From an uncultured Opitutaceae bacterium (GTDB lineage Bacteria > Verrucomicrobiota > Verrucomicrobiia > Opitutales > Opitutaceae), in assembly GCA_947085115.1 (NCBI GenBank), contig CAMTVF010000009.1:51787-115786 (forward strand): a stretch of DNA of 64,000 bases. The letters are read 5' to 3'. The notes beneath the pieces were generated by a model, which made no database searches, had not been told where the DNA came from, and worked only from the letters and a program-made list of their open reading frames with translations. The position numbers and the translations under genes were made by a program. Positions 48,595 through 57,424 of the stretch are shown here, one piece after another (position 1 is the stretch's first letter; each line of letters begins with the position of its first letter).

Positions 48595-50273
48595 TCTGCT
48601 TGCATCGTGGCCTCGACGGCAGCGAGCGTCTGGCGTTCGAGCGCCAAGGCGCGCTGCTCGATCGCGGCACCTTCCCGCACAAGTCGGTCGGCAAATTCGC
48701 GATCGGTCAGGCCCTTCGCATTGATCCGAACATTGAGGTAAGCGCCCCGCACCGCAGCACACGCACTCAACGCTCCCACCCCGGCATCCGAGACGGAGTT
48801 GGGATTGCCCTTTTCAACCATGGCCAGCGCGAGCGGCAGGGCCTCAGCCGAAAGTTGCATCACCCGGAATGGCACTTCGGTGGCCACGCGGGTGGCGGCT
48901 TGGATCTCGGCGCTGCGGGCGGCCTTTTCGGCATCGTTGCCCTTGGGCATGCCAAACGCAGCCATGATCCGGCTGAAGGCCACGGTATCCCCATCAACCA
49001 AGGCGAGCAATTCGTCCTTCAAGCGTTGTCCCTCCACGGCCCACTCGGAGAATTCCTCCCAGCGCTCGTCCCGGCCCGCCTTGTGCGAAGACAGGTTTGC
49101 GACCATCGTGCCCAGCGCTGCGCCAAGAGCGCCAAGGTAGGCCGAAATCGAGCCCCCGCCCGGCGCAGGACTTTCGCTGGCAGTTTCATCGGCGAAAGCC
49201 CGCAGGTCCATCCGCACGAGTCGGCCCGCCGACGCATCGCGCAGCACATATTCAATCACCCGCTCTTCCGGTTTGAACGGACCAATATCCTCCAAACCGA
49301 GCGAGCGCACGGCAATCTTGATCAATTCCTTTTCCGAAACGCCCATCGAACGCTTCTGCTTGCGCAGGAAATACCGGCCCGCGTCGAGCAATGACTGCAA
49401 CGGAATCAGGCCAACGAGCTCGGAGCCCGTCACGCGCAAGCCCCGGGCGTCAGCGGCCCGGCAAACTTCGTCAAAGGCGACATGCAGCGGGGTGACTGAA
49501 AGGTTGGTGAGGTTGATCGAAACCTGGGCGATTCCGTATTCTTCGATGAACCAGCCGATGGCCTTCACGCATTTCAAACTGCCGGGAACGGTGATCGGTT
49601 TGCCAGCGGCGTCCTTCACGACCTTGCCCGCAGCATCCTTCTTCGGCCGGCCGGCCTCGCGGACATCGAACGCGACCGCGTTGGCGCGGCGGGTGGAGGT
49701 GGTGTTGAGATTGACATTGTAGGCGACGAGAAAATCACGCGCGCCGATCACGGTCGCTCCGCGCTTGGCATCGAATATCGCCGGACCGTAGTCCGGCGCC
49801 CATTCCGGCTGTTTGATCTTCTTGGCAAAGCCTTCGTATTCGCCCGCGCGAATAACCGAAAGATTGCGGCGGGCCGGGTTGGGTTGAGCCGCCTCATATA
49901 GATAGACCGGCAGATTCAGTTCCCGCCCGACGCGCTCCGCGAGTCGGCGGGCATACTCGGCGGTCTCCTCCATGGTGAGTCCGGCAACAGGAATCAGCGG
50001 ACAAACATCCGTCGCGCCCATCCGGGGGTGCTCGCCTTTGTGCCGCGACATGTCGATGACTTCGCCTGCCTTCTTGATCGCACGGAAGGCCGCCTCCAGG
50101 ATGGCGTCGGGTGCGCCGACCATCGTCACAACCGTGCGATTGGTCGCTTTGCCCGGATCGACGTTGAGCAACTTCACGCCTTCGACCGATTGAATTTCGT
50201 CGGTGATGAGACGAATGATCGCGGGATCACGACCTTCACTAAAATTGGGAACGCATTCGAGCAATTGGCTCAT
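48591..50273 (-). CDS. ftcd: Bifunctional glutamate formiminotransferase / formiminotetrahydrofolate cyclodeaminase
   Basis: ECVPNFSEGR, NRTV, HKGEHPRMGATDVCP, GSELVGL; then cyclodeaminase SPAPGGGS and NPNSVSDAGVG. Confidence 0.95.
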   Translation of the reverse strand: MSQLLECVPNFSEGRDPAIIRLITDEIQSVEGVKLLNVDPGKATNRTVVTMVGAPDAILEAAFRAIKKAGEVIDMSRHKGEHPRMGATDVCPLIPVAGLTMEETAEYARRLAERVGRELNLPVYLYEAAQPNPARRNLSVIRAGEYEGFAKKIKQPEWAPDYGPAIFDAKRGATVIGARDFLVAYNVNLNTTSTRRANAVAFDVREAGRPKKDAAGKVVKDAAGKPITVPGSLKCVKAIGWFIEEYGIAQVSINLTNLSVTPLHVAFDEVCRAADARGLRVTGSELVGLIPLQSLLDAGRYFLRKQKRSMGVSEKELIKIAVRSLGLEDIGPFKPEERVIEYVLRDASAGRLVRMDLRAFADETASESPAPGGGSISAYLGALGAALGTMVANLSSHKAGRDERWEEFSEWAVEGQRLKDELLALVDGDTVAFSRIMAAFGMPKGNDAEKAARSAEIQAATRVATEVPFRVMQLSAEALPLALAMVEKGNPNSVSDAGVGALSACAAVRGAYLNVRINAKGLTDREFADRLVREGAAIEQRALALERQTLAAVEATMQAD

Positions 50274-50359
50274 AGGAAAAAGGGGGAAGATTGGTTGTGG
50301 TCAGCGAAACAGATTTTCCATTATTGCAAAAGAAATTCCCGACCTGCCGGACGCCGCAC

Positions 50360-50881
50360 TCAATACCCCGCCGCTTCGTAGGGCCCCTGCCCTTGCCCGT
50401 AGATCAGGATCGTGCGCTCAAAAGTGCAAACGAGGCGGCCGTCCTGGGTCTTGGCCGTCGTGCGCACCTCGATAATCCCCTGCCCGGGCCGGGACTTCGA
50501 CTCCCGCTTCGCCGTCACCGTTGACTCCGCGTAAACCGTCTCTCCGGCCCGCACCGTTTCGTGAAACTTCACATTCTTCCACGCCAGATTCGCCACGATT
50601 TTCGAGAACGTCTTGGTCATCATGCCGGTCAGGACCGCGAGCACATGCAACGGATTGATCGTCAGCGGGCCACCGACGGCTTGTTCGTGAAAATGCCATT
50701 CGGTCAGGCCCGGCGATTGATCGAGCGAACGGAGGGTGTGGGTCATGCTCTCCTCGGCCGTGAACGTTTTCCCCGGTCGGTGTTCGTAAGTCTCACCCAC
50801 TTCGATGTCCTCGAAGAACAGTCCCATGCGTTCAAGAAATACTCCCGGCGAAACCTCACTGTGTGATGCGTGCTTGTTCAT
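50360..50881 (-). CDS. MaoC-family hotdog dehydratase (RipB-like paralog 2)
   Basis: GLFFEDIEVGETYEHRPGKT; VANLAWKNVKF; KRESKSRPGQGII. Confidence 0.85.
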   Translation of the reverse strand: MNKHASHSEVSPGVFLERMGLFFEDIEVGETYEHRPGKTFTAEESMTHTLRSLDQSPGLTEWHFHEQAVGGPLTINPLHVLAVLTGMMTKTFSKIVANLAWKNVKFHETVRAGETVYAESTVTAKRESKSRPGQGIIEVRTTAKTQDGRLVCTFERTILIYGQGQGPYEAAGY

Positions 50882-50886
50882 CGGGT

Positions 50887-51408
50887 TCAATAGTTGAGGC
50901 GGGTAAAATCGTCATGCCCGGCGCGTGCGATGATGAGGTCGTAAACGAGCGTGGCGACAGTTTCGCCGCGTTGGTTGAGGCCAAGCGTGCGCACCTTTAC
51001 CCGACCTGCGGTGGGATGATCCGGTTCGTCCGCAACGGCGAGAATCTCCGATTCGGCATAGATCGTATCCCCGCCGAACATCGGTTTGGTGAGCGTGATT
51101 TCATCAAAGCCAAGCAGCCGCTCGCGTTTGGCGAATGTCTTCCAAGTCATGCCAATCACCACTTTCGTGGTGAGCGTCGAGTCCATCAGGCACTTCTTCC
51201 ATTCCCCGTGGAGTGCAAACTGCTCGTCGAAGTGCAGCATCTGCTGATTGATGGTGTCGAGGCACTCGTCGCGGCTGTCCTGCTGCGAAAGCGTGAGGCC
51301 GGGCCGATGCTTGAATTTCTGGCCCACGACAAATTGCTCGAAATCGAGCCCGAAGCGTTCGCGGAAGCGCTTCTCCCCGGTTTGAACGTAGGCAGTGAAT
51401 GAACTCAT
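50887..51408 (-). CDS. MaoC-family hotdog dehydratase (RipB-like paralog 1)
   Basis: RFRERFGLDFEQF...KHRPGLT; NQQMLHFD; PMFGGDTIYAESEIL; GLNQRGE. Confidence 0.85.
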   Translation of the reverse strand: MSSFTAYVQTGEKRFRERFGLDFEQFVVGQKFKHRPGLTLSQQDSRDECLDTINQQMLHFDEQFALHGEWKKCLMDSTLTTKVVIGMTWKTFAKRERLLGFDEITLTKPMFGGDTIYAESEILAVADEPDHPTAGRVKVRTLGLNQRGETVATLVYDLIIARAGHDDFTRLNY

Positions 51409-51414
51409 GGAAAA

Positions 51415-52257
51415 TCAGGCGTCCGCCCGTTCGAGCACGCGCTGAGCAGAGCGATACATGGGGACATCAATCATCTGCCCGTTCACGTTGGCCACATTGC
51501 CCTGCGCCGCTTCGAAGGCGGAAACGATCCGCTGGGCCCGCTCGACCTGCGCCGCCGTCGGTTGAAAGGCCGTCTTGATGGTGGTGCATTGCTTCGGGTG
51601 AATCGCCACCTTGCCGACAAAACCGAGGGCGCGCACTCGGGCGCATTCCGCCTCGAGGCCAGCCGCGTTGTCCAAGTCAATGTAAGGTTGGTCCAGCGCC
51701 TGCACCCCTGCGGCGGCGCAGGCATGCACAACCTGCGTGCGCGGCCAGAGCAGCGCGTCCCAGGTCGGCTCTCCGCCGGTTTCCGCCGAGAGATCGAAGC
51801 CGCCAAAAACGAGCGCGGCGACTTGGGGCGAGGCCGCGGCAATCTCGTGCGCAAAGCGAACCCCCAACACTGTTTCGATGAGACAGACGACAAGCGGTTC
51901 ACCAAATAGTTTGTCCAGCGCCTGGCTCACTTCTGCGGCGGATTCCACCTTCGGCAGGACGACAGCATCAAGCCGCAAGGCCGCCGCGTTGAGCGCATCG
52001 AGGTCAGCGAGGCCGTGCGCGTTGCGCTGGCAATTCACGCGCAAGGCGCTGACAAACGGTGGTTCACCCACGCGCTTGTTGGCCTGCAACCAAGCAATCA
52101 CCTCGCCGCGCACCCGATCCTTCTCGGGCACGGGCACGGCGTCTTCCAAATCAATGATGATCCCATCCGCTCCACTCGAAACGGCCTTGGCGAAGCGATC
52201 CGGACGAGTGCCCGGGGTGAAGAGGAGCGAGGTAAGCTTGGACCGGGGCAATGCCAT
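51415..52257 (-). CDS. CitE/HpcH-family CoA-ester lyase (citramalyl-CoA lyase RipC-like)
   Basis: SLLFTPGTRPDRFAKA, IIDLEDAV, LPKVES, IET, GGFDL, GFVGKVAIHPKQ, GQMIDVP. Confidence 0.88.
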   Translation of the reverse strand: MALPRSKLTSLLFTPGTRPDRFAKAVSSGADGIIIDLEDAVPVPEKDRVRGEVIAWLQANKRVGEPPFVSALRVNCQRNAHGLADLDALNAAALRLDAVVLPKVESAAEVSQALDKLFGEPLVVCLIETVLGVRFAHEIAAASPQVAALVFGGFDLSAETGGEPTWDALLWPRTQVVHACAAAGVQALDQPYIDLDNAAGLEAECARVRALGFVGKVAIHPKQCTTIKTAFQPTAAQVERAQRIVSAFEAAQGNVANVNGQMIDVPMYRSAQRVLERADA

Positions 52258-52316
52258 CGGCCCCACTCAAGCTGATTTGGGGCGAAGGTGAATCAAAAAC
52301 CCGAGCGCTGAGCAGT

Positions 52317-55105
52317 TTAGCGCGCCGCCTTGCGATAACGCCGCCAGCCAAAGAAGCCCGTCAAGCCCGCCAAAAGCAATGCCCCGTAGGTCGAGGGCTC
52401 GGGCACCGGGGTGAGTTCAGAGTTATAGGGCTGCCACCTGGTGTCGTTGCCGCCAAAGCCGCTGAACACGACCTGATTCGTCGGTGTGCTGCCCTGCGGG
52501 CCGGGATTGTTCTGCACCGGAAAGAAGTCGCTGATGTCGGTCCAGCCGGCGATGGAGAGTGTCAGGGCGGTGCTGCTGAAGCCGATGTTCTGCACAGCGA
52601 GGTTTGAGTTGCTGCTCGTGCCGAAGTTGATGATCGAATTGCCCGTGATGTTGAGATCTCCGAACGTGCCGGCGTAGCCGTTCAGGTTGAGCGTCCCGCC
52701 GGCCAGCGTGATCTTGAGCGCGCTGTTGGTCAGATTGGCCCCGAGGGTAAACGTCGCGCCGGGTCCGATGATCAGCTCGCCGGTGCCAACCATGAAGCCG
52801 GAGAAATTTGAAACGCCGGAAGCCAGGGTGAGCGCGCCAGTGCCCGAGCTGCCGAGGTGCACCGTGCCGCTGTCCGACACCGCACCGATGGTCTCGGTGA
52901 GATTGTTGAGGCTCAGCGTGCCCGCGGAGGCCAGGCTGACCGTTCCCGAATTGGCGATGACGTTGCTCGCGCCCAACAGGAGCGTGCCCGCATTGATCGC
53001 GGTGGTGCCGGTGTAAGTATTGGCGGCCGATAGAATGAGGGTGCCAGTGCCATCTTTCGTCAGACCGCCGGTGCCAGAAACGACGTTCGTGATCGTGGTG
53101 TTGCCGTTGCCACCGACGTTGAGGTTGTTCGCCCCCAGTGCGGTGGTGCCGGAAATGGTCAGTGTGCCCGCATCGGTTTGCACGCGGCTGTCACCCGCCA
53201 GAGTCAGGTTGCCTGACACGGAATTGTTGCCTGTGATACTCTGGATCGCGCCATCAATCGCGCCGGTGCCAAGCGAGTTGAGAGTGAAATTGTTCGTCAG
53301 AGCAATGCCACCCTGAAGCTCAAGGCTGCCCGTGCCCGAGACGGCGGCCGTGCCCGTGCCGAGGGTGCTGGCACCACCGCTCGCAACGTTGATGATACCG
53401 GCAGAAAGATTCACAGTGCCCGCGAATCCCGCGCTCGATCCGCTCAGCGAGACCTTGCCAGTGCCGGTCTTGTTGAAAGAACTGCCGGCGGCACCCGTCA
53501 AAGAGCCGGCAAACACGGACTCACCCGACCCGCCGACCGTGAGGCTGCCGGTGCCCAGTGTAACGCTTGCACCCGTCGAACCGTCGAACTTGGCGATGGT
53601 TTCCGAAAAAATTGTTCAAATTCAACACGCCCGAGGAATTGATCTGCACACCAGCCGTATCAGCGATCTGATTGGAGGCATTCAGCCGGACGGTGTCGGT
53701 GCCGCTGCCGTCACCGATCACAAGGTTGCCAACGATGGAATTGGTGCCGGCAGCCTTGCCCAAAACGAGGGTGCCGGCATTCACCGTAGTCGTGCCGGTG
53801 TAGGTGCTGGCGGCATTGAGCGTCAAGGAGCCGCTCTCGTTCTTGATGAGCGAACCGGTGCCCGCGATCACGCCCGTCGAGCGGGTCGAACCCGTGCCGT
53901 CGAAGGTGATGACCCGGTTGCCGAGACTGGTTGTTCCGTTGAGATTCAGCGCACCCGCGCTGTTGTTGCGAACGGTGATGTTGTTTGCAGGAGCGAGATT
54001 GGAATTGATGGTGTGATCGGCCACGCCGCGCGTCTGCGTGACCGCGATTCCCGTGAAGCCCGGAACTGACCCGGCATCGAAGGTGATCGTGTTGTTGTTG
54101 AGCGTGTAGGCGAAGGGCGCGTCCATCGAGAGCGACCGCACCGAGCGGTTCGTGCCCGTGTTGATCGTCTGCGCGGAGGAGGCAAAAGTGTTATTGAGCA
54201 GAATGTCTGAGCCACCGGCGGGTAGGATGTTCGGGGTCCCAATTGTTCGCGGAGGCCCAGAGTCCGTCGCCCGCTCCGGCGTCCCAGAGGTTGGCCACGA
54301 GCGTGGTCACGTTGAGATTGCGCACTTCGTGGTTGTTGGTCGAGGCGCCCGTGCCGGAGGAGAAACCATACTTGAGCGTGTCCGGGCGGGCGTAACCCGA
54401 GAGGTCGAGCGAGAGCACCGTCTGCGCCGAACTGCCGCCCTGCTGCAGACTGACGGTCAATTGGTTGGTCGGCGAAATCAGGATCTGGACGAGATTCTGC
54501 GTCGTCGGCCGCGTGCTCACACCCGGGGTATCAATCGAGGTCGCGAGTGAGCCGGTGCCACCGAGGTATTCGTAGCCCGTCGTGCCGCTGCCCGGACCAC
54601 GCACCGAAAAAGAATCGGGCACAAACCCGACTCCGCCAACCCGACCCTCTGTGCCATTGGAAAAATTACCGAACTCATCGATCGCGACACCGAGATAGCC
54701 GCCGCTCAATCCGCTTACTCCCGTCTTTTGGGCGTAGCCGAGGGAGCCACCGTTGGCACCCACGCCAAATGTCTGCGAACCGTCGAAGAGAAAAAAGACG
54801 ATGCCATCCGCTCCAGTGCCGCCCCAACTTTGATACTCGAACGACGCATACACGGTGGCATTCGCCGCGCTGAACGCCGTGTTGTAGTAAGCGCTCGTCG
54901 CTTGGTTGTTTCCGATGCCAGTCAGGCGAAGCCATCCCTGACCGGCAGGATCAACCGTTCCCGAAGTCAGGTTCGGCGTGTAGTTGACCCCGGCAAAACC
55001 CCAACCCGGTGCCGTTGAATCCATGAAAGTCTGGGTCACAACCTGCCCCGTGAGCGCGAGAGGCGCCCAAATCAGGAGGAGGAAAATTTTCTTCAGGAAG
55101 TTCAA
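52317..55105 (-). pseudogene. PEP-CTERM surface protein (L-type lectin-like domain plus autotransporter-associated beta-strand repeats), interrupted by two +1 homopolymer frameshifts
   Basis: N-terminal WLRLT...GADGIVF...GVAIDEF...GFSSGTG lectin pattern; repeats such as GGLTKDGTGTLILSAANTYTGTTAINAGTL; C-terminal VPEPSTYGALLLAGLTGFFGWRRYRK. Removing one base each at 54233-54236 and 53606-53611 gives one ORF of about 928 aa. May be sequencing error. Confidence 0.8.
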
Positions 55106-55143
55106 AATCCTGGCATTCGTCTAATCGGTCATTGGAGTGTTCA

Positions 55144-55403
55144 CCTTACTTAAGTAAGGGCTTCACCCTAGTAACAGGCGTTTTTATCCTCATTTATTGG
55201 GTGATTCCCGGTGTCTTTTCGCGCCAGATATTTTCCAACCGCACAAGCGCGTAAAATCATTGCCTTTAGAAGGTTGTTTTATGTTCTCATCAGTTACTAG
55301 TTAGCATCTTGCAAACTCAAACAACCAACCGGATTACAGCACAAATCGCATAGGGAAATCACCGGCAAACAACTGGAATTCCTGCCTCGGGTAGAACTAC
55401 CCG
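55144..55403. promoter_or_regulatory. AT-rich divergent promoter region with multiple palindromic operator-like sites
   Basis: CCTTACTTAAGTAAGG (55144-55159, perfect), TAAGGGCTTCACCCTA, TGGGTGATTCCCGG, TAGGGAAATCACCGG, CGGGTAG-AA-CTACCCG (55388-55403). Confidence 0.55.
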
Positions 55404-55437
55404 TTTCCCGATCGAATCGCATTACGTTACAAACCCC

Positions 55438-56001
55438 GTGTCCTCGCTCGCTCGAACCATCGCCATTCAGAATCGCCATCCGCGATTGCACGCCCCGGTT
55501 GGACAAATCCGCCGGGCCCTCGGGGTGCTCGATGCTCGGTTTATGATGCTGCCAGCCGATCTGCCTCATCTCGCACAGCCCGTGCGGACGGTCAGGAATT
55601 CGTCCAAGGCCAAGGCTCTCACCGCGAAAACCAGAATCCCCGGTGCCTGCACACCGGGCGAGTTGTCGCTCGTGTTCCTGACCGATGCCGCGATGGCGAA
55701 AATTCACGCCGACTTCATGGGCGACCCGACTGCGACGGACGTCATCACGTTCGAGGGCGACTCTGCGGTCGGCCTCGCAGGCGAGATTTGCGTCTCCGCC
55801 GACACTGCCGCCACCTACGCCCGGGCACAATGCGGTGACTTTGCCACCGAACTCACGCTCTACGTCGTGCACGGCTGGTTGCACCTCGCGGGCTACGACG
55901 ATCTCCGACCGGTGAAAAAGCGGCGGATGCGGGCCGCCGAGAAGCGCGCGATGGCCTTGCTCCGCGCGGCGAACGCGGTTCCGCGGTTCGACCTGCGCTG
56001 A
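55438..56001 (+). CDS. ybeY: rRNA maturation RNase YbeY
   Basis: TDVITF, GEICVS, HGWLHLAGYDD. Confidence 0.9.
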   Translation: MSSLARTIAIQNRHPRLHAPVGQIRRALGVLDARFMMLPADLPHLAQPVRTVRNSSKAKALTAKTRIPGACTPGELSLVFLTDAAMAKIHADFMGDPTATDVITFEGDSAVGLAGEICVSADTAATYARAQCGDFATELTLYVVHGWLHLAGYDDLRPVKKRRMRAAEKRAMALLRAANAVPRFDLR

Positions 56002-56081
56002 CCGCCGCGCCGGCGGACGTTCCAGCCAGTGCCGAAGTTTTTGGGTGCAACTCGCGCAACTCTCGTTTCACTTTCACCAAC

Positions 56082-56780
56082 ATGGCCGAAACCCGCTTCG
56101 CTTCGCTTCGTAACGCCTTCCTGACCGGATTGCTGCTGCTCGCCCCGATCGCGGTCACGTGGCTCGTGTTCAGCTGGCTGGTTGACCGCGTTGGCGGCGG
56201 TTTTCGGGATATCTTCTTTTTCTATGTGCCGGACACCCTGCGCAATCAACCCAGCCTGGGCGTGCTCTGGAATTTGCTTTCGACCCTGCTCGTCATCGTG
56301 CTGGTCACGTTTCTCGGATATTTCTCGCGCCTGTTTCTCAGTCGCTATTTTGGCGGCATGGCCGAGCGCTTCATCTCGGGCATCCCGGGCATCGGCACCG
56401 TTTACACCACCGTCAGGCAGATCGTCGACACGCTCAGCTCCCAGAACCGCAACCTGTTCTCCAAGGTCGTGCTCGTGCAGTTCCCCCGCGTCGGGATGTA
56501 TTCGGTCGGGTTCCTGACCAACAAGGCTCAGGGCGAACCGCAGGCCAAGACCAAGGACGAGGTCTGGACGCTTTTCGTGCCGACGACTCCCAACCCCACC
56601 ACCGGCTTCCTCATCATGCTGCCCAAGTCCGAGATCATCGAACTCGATATGTCGGTCGGCGACGGCATGAAGATGGTCTTTTCCGGCGGCGCCGTCGTGC
56701 CGCCATGGCCGGCGAACGGCGCAGGACAGAACGCCGTGCCCGCGCAAGACCCGCCGCGACTCGACGCAAAAAATCCCTGA
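56082..56780 (+). CDS. DUF502 membrane protein
   Basis: FLTGLLLLAP, VLVQFPR, FVPTTPNPTTGF, DGMKMVFSGG. Confidence 0.9.
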   Translation: MAETRFASLRNAFLTGLLLLAPIAVTWLVFSWLVDRVGGGFRDIFFFYVPDTLRNQPSLGVLWNLLSTLLVIVLVTFLGYFSRLFLSRYFGGMAERFISGIPGIGTVYTTVRQIVDTLSSQNRNLFSKVVLVQFPRVGMYSVGFLTNKAQGEPQAKTKDEVWTLFVPTTPNPTTGFLIMLPKSEIIELDMSVGDGMKMVFSGGAVVPPWPANGAGQNAVPAQDPPRLDAKNP

Positions 56781-56792
56781 GACGTCAGCCGC

Positions 56793-57413
56793 GTGCCGGG
56801 CCAGCAACTCTCCACCAACGGAATCATCATCGGACGCAAACCGTCCGGTTCGGAGAAGTTCGACCAGCTGACCGTGTTCAGCGAAGAGCATGGCCAATTG
56901 CTCTGCCTGCGGCGCCTTTCCACCAAGACCGCCTCGCCCACGACTCCGCTGGACTTGTTCGACGAAGCCGAGCTCATGCTCGAATCCTCCAATCAAGGGC
57001 GCACCTGGTTCATCAAGGAGCATCGCCACCTCCAGCGGCACCCGGGGATCGGCCGCAGCTACGCGGCGTTGCAAACCGCCGCGCAACTCGCCCGGCTCAT
57101 CCAGCGCAACCCAGTGCCCGATGATTCGCGCGGCCCGGTCACCGCGCTCCTCCGCCAAACCCTTGTGTCCCTCGAGGAGGGTGCGCGCCCCGACCTCGTG
57201 TGGCTCAAAACTCTTTTCTGTTTTCTGCGCGATGAGGGCTATCCTGTAAGGCAACACTGGTGGGCCGAGCTCACCGCGATCGAACGCGACGAGGCCGCCG
57301 CGTTGCTCAACCAGCCGATCGCCGGACAAGATCCCGAAGCCGACACGGTGGTCCGCCTCACTCAACGTCTGATTGACTGGGTCAGTTCCAATACCGAGAT
57401 CAGGTTCGGCTAA
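56793..57413 (+). CDS. recO: RecO-like DNA repair protein
   Basis: N-terminal OB-like GIIIGRK...LTVFSEEHG...LDLFDE; helical C-terminus with EGYP; no Zn finger visible. Confidence 0.6.
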   Translation: MPGQQLSTNGIIIGRKPSGSEKFDQLTVFSEEHGQLLCLRRLSTKTASPTTPLDLFDEAELMLESSNQGRTWFIKEHRHLQRHPGIGRSYAALQTAAQLARLIQRNPVPDDSRGPVTALLRQTLVSLEEGARPDLVWLKTLFCFLRDEGYPVRQHWWAELTAIERDEAAALLNQPIAGQDPEADTVVRLTQRLIDWVSSNTEIRFG

Positions 57414-57424
57414 GTCTGCGTCGC

